Source of the DNA: Lama guanicoe
Taxonomy: Eukaryota
DNA: 64,000 nt
NCBI GenBank assembly: GCA_013239625.1
Contig: MU054032.1
Location: 310,001 to 374,000, forward strand
Direction: 5' to 3'
In this document: piece after piece, positions 34,413-47,900 of the stretch
Layout of the letters: each line of letters opens with the position of its first letter
Position numbering within the stretch: position 1 is the stretch's first letter
The notes under the pieces: model-generated
Seen by the model: only the letters and a program-made list of their open reading frames with translations
What the model was told of the DNA's origin: nothing
Databases searched by the model: none
Translations under genes and position numbers: made by a program

Positions 34413-35786
34413 AACTGGAGGCTAGGAGGAAACTAACTACCACAAAGTGAGGGAGCTTAATTTAAAAAGTATACTTTTGTTTCAGGGGGCTTTTAAAGAC
34501 TTAAGATTAAATTGTGTCTGAGGCACTGATGATAAGTTTGAGTTTAAAATATAAATTAAGATTTTAAAAAATGAAAAGTGACCCTTCTTCCCTAACCACC
34601 TCTTTCCCTTGCCTGGTATGAGTTGCCCATCAACTGTTGATGACCAGGACTAATGCATGTGGTATGCGTTAGGTTTGCCACCCCCTAGTCTCCAGAGAGA
34701 GAATCTGACTCCTATTTCCCTGGGTCAAAGCTGGTTGCAGAGAATCTGCTGTCACTTCAGAGCTTTTGGTTCTATTCTGCCCACCCTTTAATAGGCCAGC
34801 AAACCAGGACTCTGCCCCTTCTGTTTCCATAGGAATCATGTTGGATCGTCAGCTGTACCAAGCCCCATTAACCTCCCATGCACACAGACACTTCCAAGCA
34901 AGACCTATTGGTTATGCTTTGGCTTTTTTTTTTTTTAATGCTACCACATGATCTTTATAAAGGCCATGGCATTTGTTGTGACTGGCACCCAGTGTTTGAT
35001 TTTTATTTATCTTTTTAAAGTTATCCCATTAAAACTAAGATCTGGGAGTGTTTTGTTGCCCACTACTTAAACACTCACCTCCTTCCAGATTTTCTATACC
35101 TGCTGCACCTCAAGCCGAGGTTGCTCTGGACTGTCCCCTCTTGGTCACTGCTAGAGGCCTCTTTCACGGGTTGTATATAGCACTGTCTGATCTGTGGTCT
35201 TTCCTAGTCATTTGGATTTATCAGTGCTTAACATAAACTAAGCTTTTTACTTCCACAGAACACAAACCACTACCCTTTGGCTTTTTTCCCCTTTAACATG
35301 CTATGGGCTATAGAATAGAGACTTGGGGATGACTGACATTTCTTCCCAGAGGTGCTAGCACCTCTTTCTGAACAGGGAAATGATTTAAGATTGGACATGG
35401 TCTCCTTTGAATATCAAGTACTGGGACTGAGGGCATTAAAAATAGTAAACCTCCCTCCTCATCCCCTGCCACAAGCAGATATCCCTTTATTTATCAGGGT
35501 CCTTATCCTGCACCTTCCCCAAGAGCTCACAGTACAGTGTTTGTTTTTAGAAGCCCCATATGCACAGGTTTCCAATGACTCAGAATGCTCTACTGCCTTT
35601 TCTTTTTAAGAAAGGATTGAAATACACTCCTGCTGTGCCCCTTTCCTCCCTCGCAACTCCTGCCTGTGTTTGTGTGGATCCCTAATCCCCAGAACCACGC
35701 TGTTGAGATGGATAATACTGTCTGTAAAACCCTGGGTAACTGTCAAGTCATAATGCAGACTTCAGGTTGTTCTCTATAAAATACAA

Positions 35787-35792
35787 AATAAA
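35787..35792 (+). terminator. CS polyadenylation signal
   Basis: AATAAA about 1.37 kb after the CS stop. Confidence 0.75.
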
Positions 35793-36531
35793 TGTTTTTA
35801 TTAACAATGCTTGAGCCTATTAAATAAGGTCTGAAAGAGTCTCTATTATGAGGTAAGGAATCTGGCTATATCCTGTGTATCCCTTTATTTTGAGGCAGGT
35901 TTGGCATTCATTTACCCTAATTAGAAGACAGGCTCCCTGTGAGATTTCCAAAGGTGATTTTTGTCTTTCTTCAAGGTTAGAAGTCTTTGACCTTTAGCCC
36001 CCATCCTTCCTAAATTTGTTGTAAGGTAGAAGCCTCAACGACTAGAGCTGAGACTTCACAACTGCTTATGTGACTGATCCAAGGAAGCTAGTCCAGCCCA
36101 CTGGGTGAAAGGTACAAACGATACCAAGGGCAAACAGGATAGGACTGCTGGCTCAGGATCTGCACCTCTAGAGCGCTCGGGTACTTCACTGAGTGCCTAT
36201 TCTTTGCAGCCTCCGTTAAGGAGACCCCCCAAAATAAGAGGTAGTCCTGTGGGCATCAGTTATATAGGAGGTCTGAGACCAGATTGCTCTGTCCTGAGAA
36301 TCCTGCAACAACTGACCTTCTGAAAAAGTCTATAAATAGGCAAGGGAGTGGGTACTAGGTCCTGGCTTGTAGAATGTGCTACTATAGTTAGCAGGGACAT
36401 TATGTCCAAGAGGCCTTCTTGCACCTTCACTCCCCTAGGGAAGGAAGCCATGACTTTTCTTCTCTGCTATATCTACATCATTCCCCCCCAAAAAACAATA
36501 TAAAAAGCCAAATTCACACTGTCATAACTTA

Positions 36532-36537
36532 TTTATT
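36532..36537 (-). terminator. COQ10A polyadenylation signal
   Basis: TTTATT on + (AATAAA on -), about 630 nt past the stop, with a GT/T-rich downstream element on -. Confidence 0.7.
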
Positions 36538-37166
36538 GAAATTTTATAAAAACTCAGGCCAAGTGGAAGAATAAGGTACAACCCAAGAGTACAACTGTTC
36601 AGTGTTTTTTGCTCCTTGCCCCTGTGGCACTGGTGGTAAGAAAGCCCTTCACTTTCCACTATCCAGGCAGCATGGAAATACTCTTAAAGTGAGGTCATAT
36701 GGATTTCAAGCTGGGGCCAGATTTCGGGCATCTCCTGAGGCTTTCAGGCAGGCAGAGTTATTGACCACCCAACAGCTCTCTGTCAGAGGAAAGAGCTCAA
36801 TGAATTCAGTCCTTAAAAAGTTGCTGTCTTTCCCTGGTCACACACTAAGGCACTTTGACAAGAGCTGAGATAACTGTGTAGTCCTGATTATAATTCAGTG
36901 TGAGAAGGTTGCAGGCATCAAGCATACAGGGCTCTCAGGATGAGCCTGACCATTTCCAAGGCATTTCTCCTTTCCATACCTCCCTGCCTTTTCTTTCTCC
37001 CAGCATTTCCAGCCAGCTTAGAGCCCAGTGTCTGGGGAATTGAGAGGGAGAATAGTATTATGAACACAGATTCTTCTCTCAGATTAGAGCCGGAGCCAAA
37101 TGAAATAAATAAGAGAACTGGGTGGGAAGGGAGAGGAGAGGAGAGGCTAGGGAACAATCCTTTGCC

Positions 37167-39742
37167 TCAAGTCTGGTGCACCTCATGGAACATCATTTCA
37201 CGGGGGATGATTGTTTCTGGACCAAACTTGGTTGCTGCCCGGCGCTCGAAAGCAGCGACATTCTTTTTGACAACCTCATCAAAAAACATGGCGGCCAGCT
37301 TGGAGTGCAGCAGAGAACGAAATTCAAAGGAAATCTGGGGATGGGTAAGAGATGGTCAGAAACTCTTCAAGACTATGTTGGATAGTCCCTGGACAAATGC
37401 AAGGATACTATTCAGTGCCTTTTCCTCCCTCCCCCTCCATTTCCTTAATCCTCTCAAAAGCGCCAGAACTGAGTACAAAGTGCAGGTTTAATACAAGCTC
37501 AGACCTGTGAAAAGCGTCACTGACTTGGAAAATGCTAAGTGCTAGCTATGCTTTAAAGAATAACCATCACAATACTTCATTCAGTTCATCCCCTACAACC
37601 CAGTGGTAGCCCTGTGCTACACAGCCTCTTGACTCACCGAAAAGTCCACAGTGCAAGTTCGGGGATAGGCAGGAATACCAGGGCTAAACCGCCAAATGGT
37701 CTCTAAGTGGTTGAAGAGCTTGCCATCAGTGCAAACAGCCTAGAATAGGACAATTAGTTAAACAATATTACAATGGAATAAAGCCTGTATCAAGTATAGG
37801 AGACATTAAGAAGGAATAGCCATTTTCCTTTCCTTCTAATATTTTATTAGGGAAATATTTGACACATGGAGACAAAAACCATTACAAGGAAAGGCAAAAT
37901 AGCCCTTAAATACAAAACTGCCAGAGAACTCAGAAAAAACTTCCTGATCAGCCCCTCCCAGATTGGCCTCACCTTGACCATGTGAGGTTTGACCATGGAA
38001 ACAGCAGAAGTATAACGTTCCACGACAGGTGGAAAGCCAACCTCCAACTGGGCCTTCAGGTGACCTTTGCGGCTGGAGACCACCAAAGACTTCTTACACC
38101 AGGGCACAAATTCACGATACTCCTGGACATTGGCTACCACCTCGTACATCTCCTGCATTGAGTACCTAGGGGGAGGAATCACAGGGAGAGGCCAAGGGAC
38201 TGCCATCTGGGCCAGGTTCCTCCTTGCCCAGGCACCCTCACCTCATACTTTTGCCCACTAACCATGCATCTTCAGGAGCTGGAGAACCCAAATAAGCCAG
38301 GATGAATGACTTCCCAAAAGCAAATGTGCAGATTTCCATGATGTTCATGTTACCGTAAGTTTTGAGGTTTACAGAATGCTTTTGCATTTACTATCTATTT
38401 TGATTTTAAGAGGGACCATCTTAAAACAGGTTGTCAGTTTTACTAGTGATCACGCAAGGAGTCAGATCGCAGCTTTACAAATTTCTGACAATGTGGCCTT
38501 GGATAAATTACCTGTCTCCATTATCTCCTCTGTAAGTCATAGGTAATAATAGTACCTGAGTCATAGGTTTGTTGAGGTAATCATATGAGGAAATCTATGG
38601 TAAAACACCTAAGCATCCTAACTGCCAGCAGTAGCAAGTGCTCAATAATTTAGTTCTCATCCTGCTCAGAATACATAGTTCTGCAGAGAAACAATACCCT
38701 GTTGTCTTACGTTATTGTCCAACCCTAGTCATGTTTCACTTAATGCACATGCACAGCAACCAAGAAGGGGGGAATTAAGGTTGGAAGGCAGGTAGAGGAG
38801 GATAAAGGGTCAGTAATGTAGCTGGGGAGAGGGATAGCCAAGGATGAATCTTGCCCAGTATCGCTACCTTTACTTTCTAGCCCGGACCTGGCATTTTGTT
38901 TGGAGGGAAAGGGAATGTGGAGGGATGCTGAAGAGGAGAAGATGCTCACCCCATGATCCTACGCTCCGAGTAAGCCTTTCGCTTGTTGGTGAAGGGGGCA
39001 GCAAAGCCCATGAAGGAACGGCTGGGAGGTAAGCCAGCCTCAGGCGCCAAGGCCTGGGCAGCTCGGGGCAAGAAGAGGCTGCAGGAGATCAGAACTCTAA
39101 GGCCAAAAGGAAAGGAGAGAGACATCGTCACGATTCTTTCTTTGTGTCCCTCAACCATTCCCAGGGGAAGGGGAAGAGGGGCGCATCCCAGAGGACGGTC
39201 GTCCAGACAAGTTTTCCTCTAGCACCTGCTGCAGTCGGCCAGGCTCCCTAGCCAGGCAGTCACGAGTGCGAAAGGTCGAGGGCAGCTGAGGACAGTGCCG
39301 GGGGAGGAGATGGGGAAAAGTGGGGTGCGTGCGAAGCGCCAGCTGCCTTTGGGGGCTACCCTACTGCTGAAAGCGAAGATTCTCAGGCAGCATCACAGTC
39401 CCAGGGGCCTCTTCAAGCTGCGCCCGCGAGGGGCAAGTGGGAATTTGCCTAGGTAATAACTTGCAAAAGATTTCCCCAAAGCTCTGCATTAGACCCCAGG
39501 ATACGACCGCTGCCGCCCCCCGCCGCGCCTGCAGCCAGAGTTTCAATCCTCCACCGCGGAACTTCGGGGTCCTGGGCGACCCCCTTCGCTCGGGCGCGGA
39601 CACCCGCACCTCCCTCTCACCTCATTGGTCCCGGCGGTCGCGGAGGGCCCGGGGGCGGGGCCGGGTGCTGCGAGAGGCCGCAACAGCCCCGGGTCGCCGC
39701 GCGCGTCCCGGCCGGGAGCCGCCGCGCACCCGCCGAGGCCAT
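37167..39742 (-). CDS. COQ10A: Coenzyme Q-binding protein COQ10 homolog A (START domain), 243 aa
   Basis: Exons 39742-39621, 39096-38950, 38165-37973, 37739-37638, 37334-37167 = 732 nt; [37 protein letters not shown]. Confidence 0.96.
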
Positions 39743-40130
39743 GCGCGCGACCCTCCCTTACTCCCTCCGCTCTGTTACCCGCTGCGCCCTCCTCACTCTA
39801 GAGGAAGAGCGCAGGGAAGCGGCCGCCGGGCGGGTTCAGGGCCCCGAGCACAGGGGCGGCGCGGGGCGGTGGCTTCTCTCGCCCTGCTCCCGCCCGGGCG
39901 GCCGGGTAGTCAGAACTGAAGCCGGGACCGCGGCTCCAGCAGCTCCCAGTACCCCCACGTCACGCCGTTGCCATGGATCGGGACCAGGAGAGGGGGGAAG
40001 GAAGGGGACCACGCGGCCTGTCGGGAGATGTAGTTTCACACCTCTGGCGAGAATGGGCGCTGCAATGGGTGTTTGCGAAGCTTGCAGATATCGCCCAGTG
40101 GAGCGAGGTCGCCAGGCAAACTACTTAGCG
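39480..40130 (-). promoter_or_regulatory. COQ10A: COQ10A CpG island promoter
   Basis: CpG-rich; TGACGTGG (-) at 39955-39962, RFX-like GTTGCCATGG at 39967-39976, ACTACATCTCCC (-) at 40023-40034. Confidence 0.75.
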
Positions 40131-42712
40131 AGTCTGTGGTCAGGAACCTGATACATAAGCACTGAGGCGATTTCATGGGCGTGTCAACAGCAGACACTCG
40201 TTGGTCTTCTGAACGTCTGTCTTAGAACCGTTACCAGATTCTGCCTTGTTTATAGCTAGAAGTTCCATTCATCATTGTAGCCTCCGTGGTGCCTAATACA
40301 CCTGGTACACCCTTGAGAAGGGAAATTAACGTACCAACCTCTGGGCTAAGACTTTGCATAGTTTTTTCTGTTAATATTTATAGAAAGAATTCGGGGTAGG
40401 AAGAACCAGACTTACTTTTAGGGTAGAGAATCATCTTTCACTTTTGGGGAAGAGAACCATCTTTGTCTGGAAAAGTGTGCGCTTTATGGAGGTGAGACCT
40501 CATGAACAAGAACCCAGGCAAGGAAATGTCACTACACTGCTTTCAATCATGATACAAGGAGGGGGGGAAAAGCTCTCAACAGAAGTGGGGAGAAGGAAAA
40601 AAAGTGGGGAGAGAGAAGAGAGAAATCAGATATTAGAGAGAGAGACTGGATCTGGTGGGTACAAGAGCCCTTGAAATTCTCCTACGGCGGAGTAGAGGAA
40701 GGACATTTTGAGAAAGGTGGTGCCTGCTGTTGCATTTAAAGATGTTTATGGTACTATAGTGCAAGCCTCTCCTTTGTTTTCTTTCTAAGTCTTTAGTCAT
40801 GCTCTCCACATTCAGGAAAGTTTCATCTGAGTAGTGTTGTGGAGGTGAGGGTGAGGGGCTAAAATAATTAGAGTCTGTATTGCCTTTTGGGTCTAGCTGG
40901 TATGGAAGAGAGACATCTTGTCCAGAAATAGGGGCCTGGAAACAGATATAAATCCTCCAACCCCCCGTCTCCTTGAGATTGGCATTAATTTTGGGAATTC
41001 CACGGGATTTGAGTTGATATAAAATGCGAGCCCATTTTATCTGGATTTCGAGGAACAGGAGCCCTCCCATGAGACTGTGGCTTATATTTAACATTTTGTA
41101 AGAAAAGCATTTTAAACCTTACTTTATATTATACATACATGAAGTCCCAAATTGGGGGGAATGGTCTCACCTCTTTTTTTCTTTTAACATTTCTTCTTTT
41201 TCCCTCAGCACTCCCACCCCCACCATTAAGATACAGTATCTCCTTCGAGGAGCCACTCTCAGAAAGGCATGTGACTTTAAGGAACAGACTTACCCTTTCC
41301 AAGCCCACTCTCTTGTCCAGCCCCACTCCCTCTGACTAAGGGCTTACACATGTGAGACAGCTGCTTAGAATGAGCAGAAAGGATCTGGTCAGATGAAAGA
41401 CAGAAATTAACTGAGATACATGACTAAATTGTGACCTCATTTAACACTATGCCTTAACCGAGTTAACTGCTGCAGAGTCCCCAAGGTACAATAGGCCTGC
41501 CAAGCCAATTTTCTTGTTGTCCCCCTACTAATTAGATTAGGTAATTATTGCCATTTAAACTTCTCCTAGTTCATTCCATGTTCCTGAAACAACCAACTTC
41601 CTGCTATTTTCCTGTCATTCTACATCGATAACTTCCTTCAAGTATTGACTCAAAACACACCTCCTCCAGAAAGACCTTCTTGACTGAACCCATCTCTCAA
41701 CATCACTGTGAACACATAATGCCACATGAAGTAGCATGAATTCTATATTCTCTAGTGGTTTCATGTGTATATGTATATTCTACTAAGTTATGAACTCCAC
41801 AGAAATAGACACAATTACTTCAAAGTTTCTACCCCCAAACCAGGCTGAATACAATGATGAATCCTCAATCAACATTTGTTACAAGACTGAAAACTGAGGC
41901 TTGAAGACAGGGAGGCATCTGCCTAAAGTTATTCAAATATGAATTCAGTAGTCGAATCCAGAAGGACTGTTTGCATAAGAGAGCTTTGCCACCACTTCCG
42001 GCCTCCTCCTCCCTCCAACACTATGCATCTCCCTGAGCTCTGGAAGTATCTGTGTTACCTACATCATAGTCCTTTTTTCCCTACTGGGAAATCCTCTTTC
42101 TGTGCTCTGAATAATATTAAAAATAACTCTTCTAGCCCTTCCTCCTCCTTTCAGCTGCCCAGAGAACCCGTCTGGCAGATTCCCTTGTTCACCTCCACTC
42201 AGGAGCCAGAACTAGGCACGTGACCCCAGCTCAACCCCTGACTCCAATTCCTCAGGTTACCAAGAGCTATTTTGGGCAATGGAGGCCATGTAGTCCCCTC
42301 CTCCCTATCCTCTGGGCCATATCCTAGCTTAGCCCTTCCTGGAAGGTCCATCATAGCCAATAGCCAAGTCAACTTGTCCCAACACCCATATCCAATGGAT
42401 CCCCAGCTACCTTCATTTCTACTTCTTCAGCCTCATCTTCTTCATCATCATCATCATCATCAAGCATTAAGTGTCTGTTCCCATATGCAGCTCTACCTGA
42501 GCTACAAAGAAAACTTAATGTATATACTTGCCTTCAGAGAGCTCAACAGCCTTTTTTTCATAGAAAACCAAGCCAAAAACAATGTACAGTCCTGTGTTGG
42601 AAGACTGGCTAACAAGGAGTTGAAAATTCGTTCTGAAACATTAGACTCCTGTATGTCAAAGATGTAAGGTGAAATGAATGATAAAGGTGTGTAATTTAAA
42701 CATGATTGTGAC

Positions 42713-42859
42713 TACAATACAGGGAATATAGCCAATATTTTATAATAACTGTAAATGGAGTATAGCCTGTAAAAATTGAGTCACTATGTTGTACAGTTGT
42801 AACTAATATTTTACATCAACTTTATCTCTATTTTTAAAAAAGTAAAATAAAATAAAAAA
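42713..42859 (+). mobile_element. Short L1 3' end
   Basis: ACAGGGAATATAGCCAATATTTTATAATAACT, A-rich tail, flanking GATTGTGAC repeats. Confidence 0.8.
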
Positions 42860-43829
42860 GATTGTGACAGTCTAAGCTAAGTATGGAAATGTTAAGGAAA
42901 CCTAATAAAAGGGAAAGAACCTGTTAACCAGGGAAGACTTCCTGGAAGAGGTAAGTTTCCAGGAATACTGTGAACTTTTATTTTCAAAATGGTAAAAATT
43001 CAAAAAAATTAAAGGTATGTAGTGAGAGGTAAATTTCCTTTTCATTCCTTATTCCCTGTTTCCCAGTTTTTCTCTCCAGGAAAAAACACTGGCACCAGTG
43101 TTGTGTGTATCCTTCCAGAGGAATCAAGATATTGAAGGTGATGAGGAGCATAGATTGTTGGAGAGCAACGGAGGGCTTTTATACCTCTACCTTGAGGGGG
43201 GCCAGTGTGCTACATTTCCTAAATGTGTTTCTTTCTTTGGACACATATATTGAGTTATTAAGCTCTGAACAGTACCCTGAATCACCTTTTATAAATTGTA
43301 CCAATTCTTCAATATCCATTTTTCTTCTCCCCTCTTTTTCCCTTTCTGGAATGGGATGACCTCCATCCAGATCTTGCCTCCCTGGCTGCTCTCTGGCCTC
43401 TCCAATGGAGTGGGGGAAGCATCCCGACCGTTTTCTGGGGGTAAACCGTTGAGCCTTTTAGAGTGTAGACACCCTATCACCTAAGCCTGGCAACAAAGTA
43501 ATTAGGGAGTCAAAAAGCCCCCTTCTGCAGGCCTTGGAGGCCTTCTACTTCCAGCTGTCCCAGCTTCTTCTTGGGGTCTGCAGCTGAGAGTCCTTGCGTT
43601 TTCTCTCTGCAGTTTGGCACTTTTGCTCTTTCCGTTCTACCCAACTCTTGTCACTGCCAGTGGAGACACGCGCCTTCCCTCCCTCTGGGACTATTGCTAT
43701 TAACCCCCAGATATCCACGCCCCTGCTTCCCCAAGTCTGTGGGGGGTTTTGGGGTGTGTATCGCTGACAGGAGTTAGCTCCAGCGGAGGTATTGTGGGCT
43801 GGGTGAGATCTGGTCAGCCATCTGGTCCT

Positions 43830-44900
43830 CAGGTTGGAAGACACCGCAGGGTCAAGGCGCGAGTTCGCGCTAGGGTCTTCAGGGGACGCCCCGGACCGCC
43901 AGACCGGAGCGGAGAGCACGGCGCGGCCAGCCGGGGCAGCCGGGGAACCAGCGCGCGAGATGCGGGACGCCGGGGCCCCTCGACCGCTAGGGCGGGGCGG
44001 AGGGTGCCGCGGCCCGGGGCCGCCTGCGCGGCAAGCGCCCTACGGCCGGACCCAGGACGGCCGCCAGGGAGCGCTGCAGGCTCCCGCTCGCCCGCCCCCC
44101 GGTAGGCGGGGCCGCGCTCTCCCCGCAGCCGCCGCCGCAGCCGCCGCCTGGGCCGCCCCGGGTCCCCGGTGGAGCCGCCGCAGGAGCCTGGGCCGGGCCA
44201 TGGGGATCCTCAGCATCACGGACCAGGTCAGCCCTCCTGCCCTTGCGCGCTTCCTCCTTCCAGGGCCGGCCGCCGCCGCCACGCGAGCCCGGGGATGTGC
44301 GGCCTAGGCTGGGCCCGAGCCCGGGGCTCCCGCCCCGCCCCACGCCGCGCTCCCCTCAACCGAGCCGGTGTCCTTGGGGGCCTGGCGACCGGCGGAGACA
44401 CCGCGGGAGCCCCCTGCAGCTAGGACCCCAGAGCGGAGCCCCTCCAGCGACGCCCCCCAAACCTGGTGCCCCCCCGCACCGCTCCCCACCCCGGTTCTGC
44501 TCCGGCCCGCTCCCTGAACGCCGGTTCTCCCTGCAGCCGCCCCTGGTCCAGGCCATCTTTAGCCGAGATGTGGAGGAAGTGCGTTCCCTCCTCTCGCAGA
44601 AGGAGAACATCAATGTGCTGGTGAGTTGGGATCGGGGAGGATGGCGAGCCGGTAATCTGGGCCCTGGTGTTCTGGACCCCTCCCCACCAGTGGGGCGATT
44701 CCGTGTCTCCTCGGCTTGGGTGAGGCCACAGCTCTTTCCACCCTGGGATGGGCGACTGCTCCACATTCGGGGATGGAGAGCAGGTCAGACTTGGAGCACA
44801 GACCAGTGGGGCTGAGGATGCCCAGAAACGGTGTTCTCTTCTGAACCATCCGTGTCTGCAGCGCCCCCACCTCTCCTGGAAGAAGGAGACTCCGTCGCGG
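43830..44900 (+). promoter_or_regulatory. ANKRD52: ANKRD52 CpG island
   Basis: Very high GC/CpG content, GGGCGG boxes, (GCC)n leader before ATG 44200. Confidence 0.85.
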
Positions 44901-47900
44901 GCGCCGAACCCCTGACTCCACCCTCCTTAGGTGCTTGCTTTGACCTAGGATGGAGGCTTAGGAGGCTGCAGAATCTATGGGAAGAGGTTCTGGGGAAAGG
45001 CCTCGAACTATAAGACTTGAGCTGGGGTCCTGGGTAGTTCACCCCCACAGCTGCTCCTCTTTTCTGCCTTCCCAGGACCAAGAGAGGCGAACCCCACTGC
45101 ATGCTGCTGCCTATGTAGGCGATGTCCCCATTCTCCAGTTGCTACTGATGTCAGGTGAAAGTGGGGAGCTGGAAGGTGTGGCACCAAGGGAGGGGACCTG
45201 AGGGAGGAGCCTTTTTTTCATATCCAAAGATTGTCCTCTGGTGCTTGGTCCAGACAAGGTTCCATCTCCATCCAGATTCTCTGGCCTGATTACTGGCCTC
45301 CTTCCCTACCTGCTCTCCACCTCCCACCAAAAGTGCAAATTATATCCCCACAGGTGCTAATGTCAACGCTAAGGACACACTGTGGCTGACCCCTCTTCAT
45401 CGTGCTGCTGCCTCCCGAAATGAGGTACTGGCCTCCCACCTCCCTTCACCCTTCCAAAGAAGATGAGTTGGTTAAAGGTGAAAGATAAGGGTTGGAGTGT
45501 CTCTGTCCTCTGCCCTACAAACTGGTCCTCCCCCAGGTAGGGAGGAGACCAGACCTCGGCCCCTCCCTCCTACTCCTAGAACTGGCTGGTAAGGGGGAGC
45601 TAAGTGTTGCCAGCTGATGTGACGTCAGAGTAGAGCTTAACACTGGGCTGGCAGACTGTAGGGGGCCCTGCTGCCAGGCCTGAGTGACTCATCCCTCCCT
45701 GGGGGGCCACCTTGGAGTCTGATCCCCCTCTGGGCACTGAGATTACTTTCCTTGTGATAGAGGGATGAGGGTAGTGATCTGTTGCATCCCTGCCCCTCAA
45801 ACAGCATGAAAGTTGACAGCACAAGGATGAAACATTCCTCATCAGCAGGGTCCTTCAGCCCTGAAGAGTGGGAAAAGGAGATCTTCCTCTGGCTTTGTCA
45901 GTCTCTTCCCTGGCTCCAGCCACCAGGGGGAGGGACTGAGGCCAGTGGGTGGAGTGGGTGGTGATTAGGAGGAGCACTGTAGCCTGGGTTTTGGAGAGAA
46001 ACCAGTATCTATTTGCTTACCTAGGTAACGGAAATGACTTTGATGCCTATAGAAGGGCTGAAGGCGGGTATTTGGGGCATTAATGCAGCAGGAGCGTTTA
46101 TCTTTTCCCAGAAGTGGTGGGGGATTGGGATCCTCCACATGTGTGGATTCGCTTGGTAGTAGCTCTACGTGTGGGTGAAGATTTTCAGGGTCTGGGTTGG
46201 GGAATGATACTAGGTGACTGGAGGAAGAGATCCACGTTTTCCTCAGCAAGGTGGGGAAGTTTTTAAGCCCTAAGAAGATCCAGAAGATGGGAAGTAGGTG
46301 TTGAAAGGCTAGGTATGTTGGAAAAATGAAAAGAGACTCTGCTGGCAGGGTGCAGAGACAGGGCCACGTGTGTTGTGCTGACCTCCTCTCCCCTCTGTTT
46401 CCTGTTGGTTTACCTCCTCCCCATCTCTCTTCTCCCCTGCCCCCCAACAGAAGGTGCTGGGACTGCTGCTGGCACATTCAGCAGATGTGAATGCCCGGGA
46501 CAAGCTGTGGCAGACACCATTGCATGTTGCTGCCGCCAACCGGGCCACCAAGTGTGCTGAGGCTCTGGCACCCCTACTGAGCAGCCTCAACGTGGCTGAC
46601 AGGAGTGGGCGCAGTGCCTTGCACCACGCAGTGCACAGTGGGCATCTGGAGGTGAGGACTGCTCCAAGTCCACGCCAGCCTCGTGCTTTTTCCCTTCCCT
46701 TCCTGCTCACCTTCCCTGGCTTCCGGGCCATGAGGCCTGGGGGGAAGCAGCCCAGATGATTATACAAACACTTGGGTTCAAGCACCAAATGAATGGTCAG
46801 GTTAGACTGAAATTCTTGACTTGGACCTCAAGAGGGTGATAAAGTCTCTGAAGCTGCATGGAACATGTTTATCTACATGCCTTTTTCTGAAGTGAGAGTC
46901 CTTGTCTTTCAGCACGTTTCAAAGACTTTTCTTAAGAGTTTAAGGACCACCAGATCACCTGAGAGACTCCCTTGAGTTTACCTCAGACTTCCACATCTAC
47001 CTGGGATCTCCTTAGTGCCTGCTTTCTCTGTCCCCTCTAGTTCTCTAAATTGTGCTTCCCAAGAACAGAGAAGTTAGGCTGCCTCGGCCTTTTCAGAGGC
47101 TGAGGGCTCTGCTCTTAGGGACGTTGAGGACATGAACCCAGCTCTGAACAGGAGTCTCTCATGTCCTGATATAGACGGTGAACCTGCTCCTCAGTAAGGG
47201 AGCCAGCCTGAATGTCTGTGACAAAAAGGAGCGGCAGCCTCTGCACTGGGCAGCTTTCCTAGGTGAGAGAAGAATCATGGGAGGAGCAGACATTGGACAT
47301 TTGGGATTCCTAGGATAGGAATGTGGGGGTTGCAGCCTTTGGAGAGAGGTGCTGGGGCATTAGAACTTGCCCTCCACCTCCTTGAGAGCGTCTTCTCTCT
47401 TCCCAGGGCATTTGGAGGTCCTGAAACTGCTGGTGGCACGGGGAGCAGACCTAGGCTGCAAGGACCACAAGGGCTATGGGCTGCTCCATACAGCTGCTGC
47501 CAGTGGCCAGATTGAAGTGGTGAAGTACCTGCTCCGGATGGGGGCTGAGGTCAGGGTGCTGGGCACGGGGGCTGGGGCTGAGGGTACGGAGTGGGAGGTC
47601 TCACACAGTCTGTTAGGGAGATGAGGTGTTGGGATTGCTGCTGTGCTTTGGGGAGGTCAGGAGGATGTGGTAAGAGGGTCTGAATAATGCTTATTGTAAG
47701 CAGTAGTGCCTTCAGTCTTTGGGTTTGGAATCTGAGGCAGTTGTTGGATTTCTGGGGTTCTCTAGGCTGCCTGTGCCGGCTTCCATTTTAAGCTGATACC
47801 TCCCTTATCCCCTTACCCTCACCCCTGGAAATCCAGATCGATGAGCCCAACGCTTTTGGAAACACAGCTTTGCACATCGCCTGCTACCTGGGCCAGGATG

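Noticed and set aside
35624..35630. miR-122 seed match ACACTCC in the CS 3' UTR
   Set aside because: Single 7-mer, and CS is already a recognised miR-122 target, so not novel
36940..37491. 183-aa plus-strand ORF
   Set aside because: Antisense to the last COQ10A exon; no independent support
43545..45102. Many overlapping 100-190 aa ORFs
   Set aside because: Expected stop-codon scarcity in the ANKRD52 CpG island; Pro/Arg/Gly-rich with no domain
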